A stretch of 64,000 bases of DNA, from assembly GCA_030141605.1 (NCBI GenBank), contig JAQGDQ010000083.1:628181-692180 (forward strand), given 5' to 3'. The stretch's first letter is position 1; every line of letters begins with the position of its first letter. A program made the translations under genes and the position numbers. This document shows, one piece after another, positions 40,817 to 52,800 of this stretch. This DNA is from Tubiluchus corallicola. Its lineage: Eukaryota; Animalia; Priapulida. A model generated the notes under the pieces. That model was not told the origin of the DNA, did not search any database, and saw only the letters and a program-made list of their open reading frames with translations.

Positions 40817-41281
40817 TTAGCATCGCATGAAGCTAAAGCACGGCAAATTCACAATAATTCTGACATCGTTTAGCATCGCATGAAGCTAAAGCACAGCAAA
40901 TTCACAATAATTCTGACATCGTTTAGTATCGCAAGAAGCTAAAGCACAGCAAATTCACAATAATTCTGACATCGTTTAGCATCGCATGAAGCTAAAGCAC
41001 AGCAAATTCACAATAATTCTGACATTGTTTAGCATCGCATGAAGCTAAAGCACAGCAAATTCACAATAATTCTGACATCGTTTAGCATCGCATGAAGCTA
41101 AAGCACAGCAAATTCACAATAATTCTGACATTGTTTAGCATCGCATGAAGCTAAAGCACAGCAAATTCACAATAATTCTGACATCTTTTAGCAACGTATG
41201 AAGCTAAAGCACAGCAAATTCACAATAATTCTGACATCTTTTAGCAACGTATGAAGCTAAAGCACAGCAAATTCACAATAA
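40817..41281. repeat. 53-bp minisatellite, about 9 copies
   Basis: Unit TTAGCATCGCATGAAGCTAAAGCACAGCAAATTCACAATAATTCTGACATCGT, head-to-tail with no spacers. Confidence 0.95.
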
Positions 41282-41909
41282 GTGTCTCCAATAAAACAAA
41301 CTTCGTTGTTTTCTGACATTGTTTAACATCACAACCGTTACGTTTCAAAGCCAACTTTAATATGACAAATTAATTACTACGAAAGCAATGATACCAAAGA
41401 TAGGCACCTCCGCCAGAACAATAACAGAAAAATAGTATATAAGCTACTCCATCAGCAAGCAATAACTCTGTGTAAAACATTTCCTATCCTAAAGCACGAG
41501 AAAATAGAATTCTTACATAAAAAAATCGTCTTGAAATTTTATATCATTTACACGCTGCCTTACCCCCGCCCCTGACTCCATATAACGATTAAAAATGAAA
41601 TTTTTTTAAAAACAATTATGTAATGTAATACGTGTTATGTTAGTTTCGTGTTTCGTAATGTTAAATGTATAAATAGTGTACACTATGTCATGTAAAATTT
41701 AATGTACTTTCGTATAATTGTTTTGTAAAAATATTTTAATATGGTGTTTGTGAATATGTTCGTTTATTGTATATAGTTTTGCACTTTAGTTTTTTTAGTA
41801 TGCACTGGACGCATTTGTCTTGAACAGTGTGGTTATTTTAACATTGCGCTGAGGCTAGCTCAATTTTGTTGTAATGAGTGAGCCGTTTTTACGACAAATA
41901 AATAATTAA

Positions 41910-41946
<37 letters not shown>

Positions 41947-43777
41947 CTTGCAGAGCTTGTATTGGCACAAACGGGTGAAAAAAACTTGAAAATTTAAGCT
42001 CCCGTTTAAACTGACCATTAGGGAAATCAAGTCGAAATAAGGTTACATAACATTGCCTTAAGTTGGAAAAAATAACCAGAGCATTCGCAGCACACTTTAC
42101 TAACTAAACAAAAATATAAATTATTTTGTCTTGTCATAACATAAAATTAATAATATACTTTTTGGTGAGCCAATGACGTTTTAGGTGAACGCTGGGATAG
42201 CAAAATAGTGACATTTTAACGTAAGTGTTCTTCTTCAGGTATATAAGTCTATCAAATAGGTAAGCGTAATGTTAAATAATACAACTCTGTATGGGACGTT
42301 TTTGAGACATACTTTTCTTCAAGTTTATTCAATCATTAGGAAGAAAATGACAATTTCATAAAAATGGCTTTTGTATTACTAATGTCGTTTTCATCTGTTT
42401 ATTTTCTCCCATGTTGTTGTTTATATTTGTGTTGCGTAGTTAGTTCTATCGGTGCGATTCCTTTTATATAATTGCTTGTTATGGACATTAGGAAATTAGA
42501 CTTATCCAATTCAATTCAAACGTTTATACGGTAACTAAGACCATTTAAAATGCAAACACGGTACTAAAATGCAATCAAATAAAAAATTATATATGTATAT
42601 ATATATACAGAGTTAGTAAGAGCTAAATAAATTTTAGAGACTAATTATGTATTTATTCGTTCCATTTCACAAAAAAGCAAGAGGTTATGCTTGCCGTAAT
42701 TACTTAATGCAGCAATAACAAAGCAATCTCTAGAAGGCACGCGAAAGATCTACTCTCTTATCCAACGCGCACGAATGATTTCTACTAGAAGCTTCTGCCA
42801 TTTCTTCATTGGTTTGCAAAACATAGAAGACATGCAAGCATACAAAAAGCTTAATCTCAAGCTCGTTTGCCCTGCTCAAATCAAACAGAGATTCGTGAAT
42901 GAGCAGCGGAATTTGAGTTCCCTCCCAGTAATTTACTAAAGAAAGGATTCAAGAATGTGAGGATTGCTAGAAGGGGCAACCTTAAAAACTGGTGCAACGA
43001 TTGCTAAAAGAAAGGGCAAAACGTAATTTTGTACCCTCTTGGCTCCGTGAAAGTAGTCGAGCGTTTTGCCAAATTATTCAAGCCATATATGATATTGCCA
43101 TAAGAAAAATTTGTTTCTGAAACTAAACACGTGAACGTGAATGCTGCACTATACCGCCGACTCCACCAAAAACGTGTTGAACAGACATGGCGTACTAAAG
43201 AGTTACTTTTCAAACCAAACAGTTTTCATTCAAGGCGGGAAGAGCATTTTGAAAAGCTTTCACATTAACAGTGTCAACATTGTTTGATTTACTTGCATTG
43301 TGCACTAGTGTACAATCGCTGATTGAAGCCACGCCAGCTCGGACGAATTCCACGATTCTGAACTGTTTTCTCACTTCCAGCTAGAAGCCAGTGCCTATTT
43401 ACTAAGCTGGAAAGAGTGTATACCATATCAGACGAAAGCAACACCAAGGAAAATAACTTTAGTGGTAGATATTCATCTAAAGTACTTTTTGTTAAATTAT
43501 TAAAAAGATATTTTCGATTGCTTGAGCAATTAGAGTCATTTGTATGTCTAAACGTTAGAAAAATAGTAGCACTAACCACCAATCGAAAAATTGCGTTAGC
43601 AAATTAAACGTATGTTAGTTGAATATCTAATGTAATCTAACGTTACTAAATATCTGTTGTTACTAATGCGTAATGTTTTATTGTGCTAGACATTTATGTA
43701 TTCGTATTTTTGCAATCAATGTATGCATTGTGTACAGTATTTACGCAATAAATATTAAATTTGTCTGATGTGTTTTC

Positions 43778-43852
43778 AACCTAGCCACTTGGGGGGGGGG
43801 GAAGCCAGCCCAACTCAGTGCCGGTCTCAAGCCCGGATAAATAGGGAGTGTT
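43778..43852 (+). ncRNA. Twister ribozyme, 3' cleavage product (degenerate)
   Basis: AA-CCUA-GCC-[insert with UUGGG/CCCAA stem]-AGUGCCGGUCUCAAGCCCGGAUAAA-UAGG-GAG matches the twister core as I recall it (UAA-P2-GCC...UGCCGGUCCCAAGCCCGGAUAAA-P2'-GAG); CCUA/UAGG forms P2. Confidence 0.8.
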
Positions 43853-44262
43853 AGGGTCAGGAAGGGCATCCGCCTGTAAAAACTGCGCCAAAACCTTCTA
43901 TGAATGAGTCGGTGAGACTTAAACATAAAGTCCACAGAGAAGTGGTCAGACCCGCTCTAATCTATGGGCTGGAAGCAGCTTCTCTAAAGAAGACCGGGGA
44001 GAAGAAAATGGGTGTGGTGGAGATGAGGATGGTGGGAATAACAAGAAGAAATAAAATTAGAAATAATAATATCAGAGGAACAATAAAAGTAGTGGAAGCC
44101 TCGCAAGATTGCGATGGTATGGACACCTGAAAAGAAGAGTCGGTGAAGAGATTGTGTTAAGGGAAGACATAAATGAAGAGATGGTCAACAACAGGAATGC
44201 GTGGAGAAGACTCATTCACAACGGCGACCCCGCATAGGGAAAAGCTGGGAAGAAGAAGAAGA
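43778..44262 (+). mobile_element. Non-autonomous bipartite RTE (Expander/Rex3-like) retroelement, 485 bp
   Basis: 16-bp TSD TGTCTGATGTGTTTTC (43762-43777 and 44263-44278); 5' UTR motif GGAAGGGCATCCG..TGTAAAA fused to an RT C-terminal remnant (VVRPALIYGLEA...KIRN); 3' end GGCGACCCC...(GAA)n. Confidence 0.88.
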
Positions 44263-44781
44263 TGTCTGATGTGTTTTCGTTATTCGGCGTTTCATTCAAT
44301 GTCGGCGTTATTAATATTTTCTGTAGGCCCAAGTTTTTAATTCAAGAGTGTCGATCTAAGATTATGCCGCCCAACAAAAGTCGTAAATGTGTCAGAGTAT
44401 CCTAAATTTGCTAATAAGTCGTTGTTGAGCAAAAAAGAATTTAGCAATTTAACAGCGTTTATTGGTTAATTTTGCTGACATCTGGTTTTTAATAAAAGTC
44501 GTAAATGTGCCACAGCTACGTTAAGCCAACTTTTCATTATTTATGACTAGCGAAATGCAGTTTTAAGATCATTTCTCCAGCAACGTCTGAGCTGCTTTTC
44601 TGACGTGCATACTCTCTGTGCTTCGTGTCAGTCAATTTAGTTTTTCAAAGCAAATTTATTTCAGTTCAATTGGTTTTAAAAAGAAATATGACGTGTGCAG
44701 TTATGCAGTTCATGTATAAAAATTACTGATTTAGCAAATTACATTATATCAGGCGAGTTTGCTGGATCCCACACTGAACGT

Positions 44782-44860
44782 GTCCTGTAGCTCACTGACA
44801 GAGCATAATCAGCTCTACTGAGAAGGCATGCTGAGCTGAAGATTGAATTCTGCAGGGATT
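44782..44860 (+). mobile_element. Degenerate tRNA-derived SINE head
   Basis: A-box-like TAGCTCACTGACAGAGC and B-box-like GATTGAATTC; no intact cloverleaf. Confidence 0.35.
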
Positions 44861-47351
44861 CTATTCACCTATTAACACTTTCCACCCACATGCATAGTTC
44901 ACGCAGTAGACATTCAAAGTTCACGAAAAATCCTAATCGTTAGACATTCAAACAATAGCAATACTGGAGTTTAAGATGTTGTGAAAAATGCTCTTTTTTC
45001 AGAAATTTGTGGGAGAGACATCGGCCTGGTTTTAAATTTGTTGATTAGAATAAACAAATGCGTGGAAATATATATAGTCTAATTTGTTTTTATAGAAAAA
45101 GATGCATAACGCTCAAGTCTACGAGTTGTTAATTAAAATGTTTTGCTGTTATTGAAATATGTAATTTAGATTCATTCATGACTTTGTAAAAAAACCGCAC
45201 AACTATTTGATTAAAAGAGTGGCCACCCAAAATATAATTTATTGCAACTTACATGATTTGGCGCATTTACATTATTACTTTCTATCACAGCTATAACATT
45301 AAATAGAACTCTGGACAGATAATTATTCACTTTATCACATAGTTAATAGAATAAGCACAGAGTACTAATGCTAGATATATGACGCGCAAATCAGCACATA
45401 ACTATAAAAAAACTATTGAAAAGAAAAAAATAACCTAACGAATTAGGCGGATCATATGACGTTTGCTTATTGGAATAGCAAGCGTCAAAAGGTCGCTTGT
45501 ACAAAGGTGACGATGGAATTTATAACTTTAGAATGAAGCCCGTATAAATAAGTCAAGGTTAACATAATCTAAAATTACAGCCTGAACGACTCTAGGTAGA
45601 TTTGTTAAAGTTGTAGGAACCGGAATAAACTAGTTTGCAATACTGTAAATGAAAAGTCTAGCAGCAGTGTTGAACTCAATCATGGGAATCCGTGACAGAT
45701 GTGATCTTTTACCGTCTTTGTGACTTTCAGCTGGGAAATTATCAGAAATGGAAATTCGGGTTGAATAAACAGTTTCAACAATCGTTTTCAGCATGAACAT
45801 GCTGCTGGAATAATCTCCAAGCATTTTAGACCGGGGGAGGGGTGTTAACAAATGCAATTTCGATAGATTAGATACGTACAGACCAAGTTTTATCGTGTTT
45901 TTAATTAAGAAACCTTATTAACGTTTTCCAATTTTCTTTTTTATTGAAATGTCATGCAAGTGTAAGTAACCGTTTCCCTAGTGAGAACTTTTCCAGGTTT
46001 TTGTCAGTAATTTTAGCACTGAAACGTACTTGAAAGTAAAAGCTAGGGAAGACTCTGGCGACTACTTCAGCAAATCGTGACATACTTGAAAGCATTTTGT
46101 AAAGTGACGTTAAAACGCTGCAACCGCAAAACGCAAGCGGTTTTTTCAGAAGCTTTTGCGCCTGCTCCATTTACTTTCAATTTTTTTGTTTCTTGAAGAA
46201 ACGGTGTGTTCCTATTTAGCTTTTAAGTAAAGGACAATTAAGTTAGCAGTAATTTGTGGAAACATTCCACTTAATTTTGCTTTTTTTTACTTTTTGTATA
46301 GTGTATATGTATAGCTTTTATTTTGTTCGTTTTTAACTAATTCCATGTGGAAGAAATTCTGAAATAAAGGCTTAAATAAATGAAAAAAATTGCTATGGTT
46401 TTGACTATAGTAACTAAAACTTGACTTGGCATTAATCTTTTTAGGCATGCGGTCAACTCTGATCATGAAACTAACTTAATCGACTGTAATTTTTAAACTG
46501 CGGGGTAATTTGTGGTTTAACCAACTTTTCGTGGGCACTAACGATGAGTGTAACATTAACAGAAGTTCAGCTATTTCACATACTACACTGGTTTAAAAAA
46601 TTCAACTAAGATAGGAGAAAGTGTATTCTCATAGTAACTAAATAATAACTAAGAATAATAAAGTATAATGGGAGTATAATAATTTATGCAGTATTTTTGA
46701 CACACTGTAAGTCAGATCCAGCATTTACAGGAGGGCCAAACCCTAATCTTAAAAGTGTAATGGGGACTGGAAATGTAGCGTATTATGACGAAGTCTTTAA
46801 AAACAGGGACTGAATAAAATAGTCTTGTCTTGCATATGCAGCGTGGCACATACCTATTTGCTAAAAAGGGCTACAAAAACAATGAGTAAAAGTAGAGAAT
46901 AATTTATTACATAAATATTTTTTCTAGTTATAATTTTTGACGGTCTTAGCAACATCGTATTAGCAATACGTATATTTAACATTGTATCATTAATATAACA
47001 TGTACGTGGATTTATAATTACGCTGAACTTAGCCTGCAACTAGAGGCCCATTTGTGTGGGCCTAAATACGTATTTTAAAATAGAAGATTAGTTATCACAT
47101 TTCATTAAAGTATTGCAGAATTAATGAAATTTATGATGCCCTCAAACGCGTGTAAAATTTGCGCACCTCCCACAGTCTGAAGTACGTGCTGCTGCAGCAT
47201 CTAAGCAGCGCTCAAGGAATTCATGATCCTCTAACACAGTGGTTCCCAAAGTAGGGGTAAATTACCCCCAAGGGGTAATATGGTTTTTTTGGGGGGGTAA
47301 CGGGCACCCCTCTGAAAATTTTTAAACTTCGCTCGGAATGCATTTTACGTA

Positions 47352-47448
47352 TAGTCTAACCTCGTTATCTCGCCACTGTCCATCTAGGGCAATTTTTTGG
47401 CGAGAGGCGAGTATGGCGAGATAACGGCAATATAACGAAGTTAGTCTA
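47352..47448. mobile_element. ~97-bp pogo/Tigger-type MITE nested in the hAT element
   Basis: TA-TAGTCTAACCTCGTTAT...ATAACGAAGTTAGTCTA-TA inverted ends. Confidence 0.65.
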
Positions 47449-47562
47449 TATGTATATACATACTGTACATAATAGTTGATTAGCATAGTGTTCCTCTATG
47501 TACATATAAAATATATTTCACATTATGATACCAATCAACATTAAATCAGAAATGAAAAAATG

Positions 47563-47757
47563 TCATTTTGGCTCACAGTGTTTCCGAAATCTGTCTAAAA
47601 TTATGTCTGGATACGTAGCTTTTTGTGCGTCAGTTTTAGTTGCTAGCGGGCCTTGAAAAATCAGTCTGCAATATTGCTCAAACGCTTTAAAACTCGACGG
47701 TAAATCACGACAACTCCAGTCCATACAAGGTGGATTTATTCCCGATAAATCTTCCAT
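47563..47757 (-). pseudogene. Ty3/Gypsy gag N-terminal relic inside the hAT element
   Basis: MEDLSGINPPCMDWSCRDLPSSFKAFEQYCRLIFQGPL...KATY...RFRKHCEPK resembles invertebrate Gypsy gag starts, with an internal deletion. Confidence 0.65.
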
Positions 47758-48080
47758 TATTTCTTGGCACTGAGTTTCGTTGAAGTAATTATACGTAGCG
47801 TTTAAAATTATTGTAACAGACAACACAGTTCGTAGTAAGCTATTGCGTCACACACTGTAGAACTGTACGTAAATGCTTGCTATGTCAAGACTTCAAGGTC
47901 ACTGTCTCGGAAATTCAATTGTTTTTTTGCGCACAGATCTGACCGTCGGGGCTCTCTTGATTCTCTCATGTTTCTTTTCCCAGAAAGGTGCTGTGTTGTT
48001 GCCTTACATCGCGTTGCAGTGCTTTTCGACGTCAAATTTCTCCAGTTTCTTTCGCAGGACGGTGCTTTCCAAGGAAAGTG

Positions 48081-49871
48081 ATGGCGGGGAAGAAGCGAAG
48101 CTATTCCGAATGTTTCCTCGCCCACGGTTTTGTCAATTTGCCTAGCAAAGGAGAGGATCGCCCTCAATGTGTCGTATGCAACAAAATCCTCTCAAACGAA
48201 AGCTTGAAGCCATCAAAACTACAGGCACATTTGAGGCAGTGTCATCCGGCCCTGCGAAACAAGGACCGAGATTACTTTGAACGCCAAGCAAAAACTCTGA
48301 AAAGTATTCAGTTCGGAGCGCAGGGGACAGGTGCACAGCAGGTCGTTGCTTCCGTCGAGGCCTCATACATCGTGGCCTACGAAGTTGCAAAGAAACAGCA
48401 ATGTCACACAATCGCAGAAACACTTGTAATGCCTTGTGCAAAAACGATGGTACAGAAAATGTGTGGAGAAGAGCAGGCGAAAAAACTGAGCGTTGTATCG
48501 GTGTCAAACAACACGATTCGTCGCCGAATAGACGATATGGCGGGTGATATACTCGAGCAGGTGAGCGAGGAAGTCAAGTCCAGTCCAGTCAAGTTTTGTC
48601 TTCAATTCGACGAGTCTACAGATGTCAGTAGCTGTTGTGTTCTGCTGGGATTCATTCGTTACATTCACCTAAACATGGTCAAAGAAGAATTTCTGCTGTG
48701 CCAGAATCTCAAGACGACGACGAAGGGAGAGGACGTGTTCAAAACTGTGAGTCATTTCTTGGAAAGCAACAGGCTTAGCTGGGAACGTGTTCAGCAAGTA
48801 TCAGTTGACGGAGCTCCTGCCATGATGGCGGGTCAACGTGGATTCAGAGGGTTTGTGGAAAGAGAAAATCCGAGCATTAAAGTTGACCATTGTGCAATTC
48901 ATCGCTATTCGCTGGGGTCCAAAACGTTACCAGCTTCCTTGAAGGTAGTTTTTGACAGTGTCGTGAAGGTGGTAAACTTCATCAAGGCAAAAGATTTGAA
49001 CTCTCGCGTGTTCAAGGAATTGTGCAAGGAGATGGGGGAAAGGTATGAAGTGCTTCTTTATCACACAGAAGTGAGATGGCTGTCGAAAGGGAAGGTGTTG
49101 AGTCGAGTGCTAGAACTGCGAGAGGTGATCAACCGTTTTCTGACAGAAAAGAATTCGCCACTGGCGGGTCAGTTCTCCGACAACGAGTGGCTATGTCAGT
49201 TGTGCTACTTGGCCGATATTTTTGAGGAGCTCAACAAAGGGAACCTTGCTCTTCAGGGAAAGAACACCACCATACTTGATATGCGTGGGGCCGTCTCGGC
49301 ATTCATAGGAAAACTCAAGCTGTGGAGCAGAAGGGCATCGAAAGGCGTCATGGCGCAGTTTTCTCATTTGGATCAATTCATCGAAACTAACGAGCAAGGT
49401 GAAGAACTGCTGGAACATGTAAAGCTGGAAATAGTTGAACACCTCAACGAGCTCGTCCAAAACTTGGAACGGTATTTCCCGGACCTGGAAACAAGATCCT
49501 TACAGTGGTGCGTACAGCCCTTTTTGGCAGAGGATGGTCAAATTGAAGACGACGATTTCCCAGCTAAAGAAGAGTGGATTGAACTGAGGCTCAACGAGGA
49601 AAAGCAAATGAAATTCCAGCAGCAGAACCTGGAAGAGTTCTGGATAGGAGAGATGGCCAGTTCACCAGTCCTTGCAGAACGGGCATTGAATATTCTCACG
49701 TGTTTTTCAACAACGTATCTGTGTGAACAAGGTTTTTCGTCCATAATGAACATGAAAACAAAGAAAAGAAATAGGTTGGACGTGGAAAGCGATGCACGCG
49801 TTGCTTTGAGCCTGACGAAACCCAGGATTGAGAAACTGGCGTCCGAAAAACAGGCTCATCCGTCCCACTAA
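48081..49871 (+). CDS. hAT (Buster/Charlie, ZBED5/SCAND3-like) transposase, 596 aa from the first ATG
   Basis: Uninterrupted ORF; BED finger PQCVVC...HLRQCH; catalytic motifs FDESTD, VDGAPAM, CAIH, HTEVRWLS and YLCEQGFS; C-terminal QAHPSH. Confidence 0.95.
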   Translation: MAGKKRSYSECFLAHGFVNLPSKGEDRPQCVVCNKILSNESLKPSKLQAHLRQCHPALRNKDRDYFERQAKTLKSIQFGAQGTGAQQVVASVEASYIVAYEVAKKQQCHTIAETLVMPCAKTMVQKMCGEEQAKKLSVVSVSNNTIRRRIDDMAGDILEQVSEEVKSSPVKFCLQFDESTDVSSCCVLLGFIRYIHLNMVKEEFLLCQNLKTTTKGEDVFKTVSHFLESNRLSWERVQQVSVDGAPAMMAGQRGFRGFVERENPSIKVDHCAIHRYSLGSKTLPASLKVVFDSVVKVVNFIKAKDLNSRVFKELCKEMGERYEVLLYHTEVRWLSKGKVLSRVLELREVINRFLTEKNSPLAGQFSDNEWLCQLCYLADIFEELNKGNLALQGKNTTILDMRGAVSAFIGKLKLWSRRASKGVMAQFSHLDQFIETNEQGEELLEHVKLEIVEHLNELVQNLERYFPDLETRSLQWCVQPFLAEDGQIEDDDFPAKEEWIELRLNEEKQMKFQQQNLEEFWIGEMASSPVLAERALNILTCFSTTYLCEQGFSSIMNMKTKKRNRLDVESDARVALSLTKPRIEKLASEKQAHPSH

Positions 49872-52800
49872 CTGAGATTTTTTGTTGTCATTCATTTCTT
49901 CTTGTTTTCGTTTGTTCGAGTAATTTCGTTTGTTCACTCAGTAATGAGCAGGTTCAGTAATTGTAATTCTTGTTTTGGCAACAATACAACAAAACCTGGA
50001 AATTTATTTATGTCACGAGCAAACATAAATAATTTTGCTTGCTTGTGGCATATACGTGTGTTTACTTTTTGAGTTGGAGAAGTAGTACTAGGTGGGGGGT
50101 AATGGACACGACCGGGTTTCCCGATTTGGGTAACGGTCCGAGAAAGTTTGGGAACCACTGCTCTAACACATCCTCCGCCGCCTCACAAAACTGATAAATG
50201 ACGTCAATGGCGTTTTTTTAAACATCCGAATGTGGAAACTAGACAGGTTAATTAACAGGCGAGAAACGTGTTGTATATGTATACATAGAAAAAATCATTT
50301 TGATGTGTATTCATAATGGCTTGTGAGAATTACTTGTACATTAAGTTTAAATTAATTAGAAAATATATAAATTTATCTAATATAGAAAAGAAATCATATC
50401 AGGTATAATTATAATCTGTATTATATTACCACTATTTATAGATTTAAAGTCGTCACATGAAGGACAGCAAACACTCTAAAGTTAAACAAGCTAATGTATA
50501 ATATGGACTGGTGTTTCTACTTTAGAGGTAACTGTCTCTCAGCTAAACATTTCAGCATTAAATTAAATTATTATTTTTAACAAATATGTACAACACAGTG
50601 TACAACTAAAGTGCGAGGTAAATTTAACAGATTGAAAAATTTTCCACTCAAAGTTCAATAAACAAAAAAATGAATATTATGAGAACAGAAAAGGTTAGAT
50701 GGTTATATGGCAGTAAAATCAGTCATTTAATCAAGATCGTAACTGATTTTAAATTAGAACTTCGATCATATTTTATAAATTTCTGGCAATAGTATTACAC
50801 AATAAAAATATTAATGTAGGTATTATCTAAAAATCCGACAACTATACAATTCCTTAAAATCTTGACTTGCTGACATTTTTAATAATAATATTCATATATA
50901 AAACAAACAAAAAGGACATTAAAAGCATTTCTCAAATAAAAAGTGTTTGTGATTAGTTAAGTAGAAAACAGTTTATGACTGAACAGGAAAACTTGCACAG
51001 TTTTATTTTGCATTAGTTGATCGAGGAAATTCAGAAGTTGCCCGCAATTTACCACCCGAGTATGTGCAATTAACTGATAAACTGTCTCCACGGGACAGCA
51101 ACATGATGTTAGCTAACAATATAAAAGTATAATGAAGGGATGAAACACATTTGCATATAAATTAACTTTTTCATTTAAACCAAAGCAAGAGTTCAGCAGC
51201 AACAGTTCATCATGGACAGCCACTCATATGCAAATCATCAAATTTGTGTAAGGTTGCGAGGTTATAAAGTACCAACAAAGCCAATTAAACGTCACAACAA
51301 TGACAATGGTCTAGGCTAAGGGATCTGGAGATTGCTCAGTTGCCCTGGAGATTCCTGAGCTGTAAAACCAAGTCTGTTCTGGGCAATTTGCGTATCACAA
51401 AGTGAACTGTTATATAAAGTGTGGCTTCTAAGGTTCAGTGGAAACGCAACCGCATTTCAAGAACACAAAAAGCAAAAGAACAGGATGGCAACAGAAACGG
51501 CAAGCACAAAGGAAATACCGGAAATAATATCTGTATTCTGTGTGTCCAGTGCTACATGTTTATCAATGATCATTAATTTCAACTTGTCCAGGCAAAGTTA
51601 TGGCCAGTTCTTGTTACAGATTTATAACATACGATTGAAATAACAAATGTATTTATGGCTTCGCGTACAAACGTGAAACTATCAATTAGAGTCCAAGGTA
51701 ATGAACAGTTACTTGAATGTAATTAATGAGTTTGACCAGAAATCATTTGAAAAAGACGACTGCTCACTGCTGAAGTTTGAGATAAGTCATTAAGCTGAGA
51801 AATGGGTAATCCAGGCAACTTTGTATGAACAAAAAGGCCTTAGATAAAAACTATTCTTCGAAATTTGAAATTGATTTGAAATGAAAATAAAATCAAAAGT
51901 CAAGAAAGTGATTCATGTGCCGTTACAGTTTTAGTGAATAGGCTGTTAATTAAATGTAAATTAAAAAAGATCTTACTTGTTGCAATCAACCTTCTAAAAT
52001 AATAAAAAGAAATTTAAGTAGAGTGGTAGTTAGAATCGTCATGTTTGTTTTTTCCTCATTTTTTAATTCTGGGATTTTTAAATTAATTGTCTGTATTCTT
52101 GTCATTAAGAATTAAATTTACATTATCAGTATAGCAATAATAAAATACCTAGATACAAGTACAGCAAACTTAGCAAAGTGAACAAATCAGATTAAAGTCC
52201 AATGGCGCCTTCAGACCTGCAAGTTTTCTGTAACGAGTTTTCTCTCTGCCAGCAAACTTGCATGAGGGAACTGCTTTGCGAGTTACTGTTGGCAAGAAGT
52301 TGCAAACTCTCGGGCAGTTACTGTGAGTTGATATACTGTCTAGTGTGAATAACTGGGTGAGTTACTCAATAACTTCTTGCAGTGAATAGAGGTGTGAGTG
52401 TCAGCTCGCCCTTAATGTCTGAGAGTTACTCGCAAGTTTTGCTCTCTAGTCTGAACATGCTTGCGAGTTACTTGGCGAGTTAACATTAGCAAGAGAATAC
52501 TTACTAGTCCGCTGCCCCACAAAGTCCAATGATTTGTTCAACATTGGACACACTGCTTTGTATGCCTTGCCTGGACCCTGTAATGAAGGATTTTGTAAAA
52601 AAAACTATATCAATTTAGTCGATGAATAGGTTTTTGGTCACTTTAACAGCAACAACAATCCTTAGCAGAAGCTACAAAAATTTCTAGTAATAAGGTCAAA
52701 TTTAACGTAAAAACAAGTTTTCCGTAATTAAAAGAGGTAACCATAACTTAAAATTTCAAACTAATTTTATTAAATTACAAGGCTTCCTTCCTAATGAAAA

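Larger units (their letters stand above)
47237..50160 (+). mobile_element. Full-length hAT transposon, Buster/Charlie family (2924 bp)
   Basis: TIRs CAGTGGTTCCCAAA / TTTGGGAACCACTG; perfect 8-bp TSD CTCTAACA (nnnTAnnn, the Buster-type signature); subterminal GGGGTAA repeats. Confidence 0.97.

Noticed and set aside
40817-41281. CRISPR-like regular repeat array
   Set aside because: Units are head-to-tail with no unique spacers, there are no cas genes, and the context is eukaryotic.
47988-48080. N-terminal 31 codons of the 627-aa transposase ORF
   Set aside because: Starts at GTG; a eukaryotic start at ATG 48081 (MAGKKRSY) fits Buster-type N-termini.
51457-51459. TGA as a selenocysteine codon
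   Set aside because: No selenoprotein family similarity and no SECIS element recognised.
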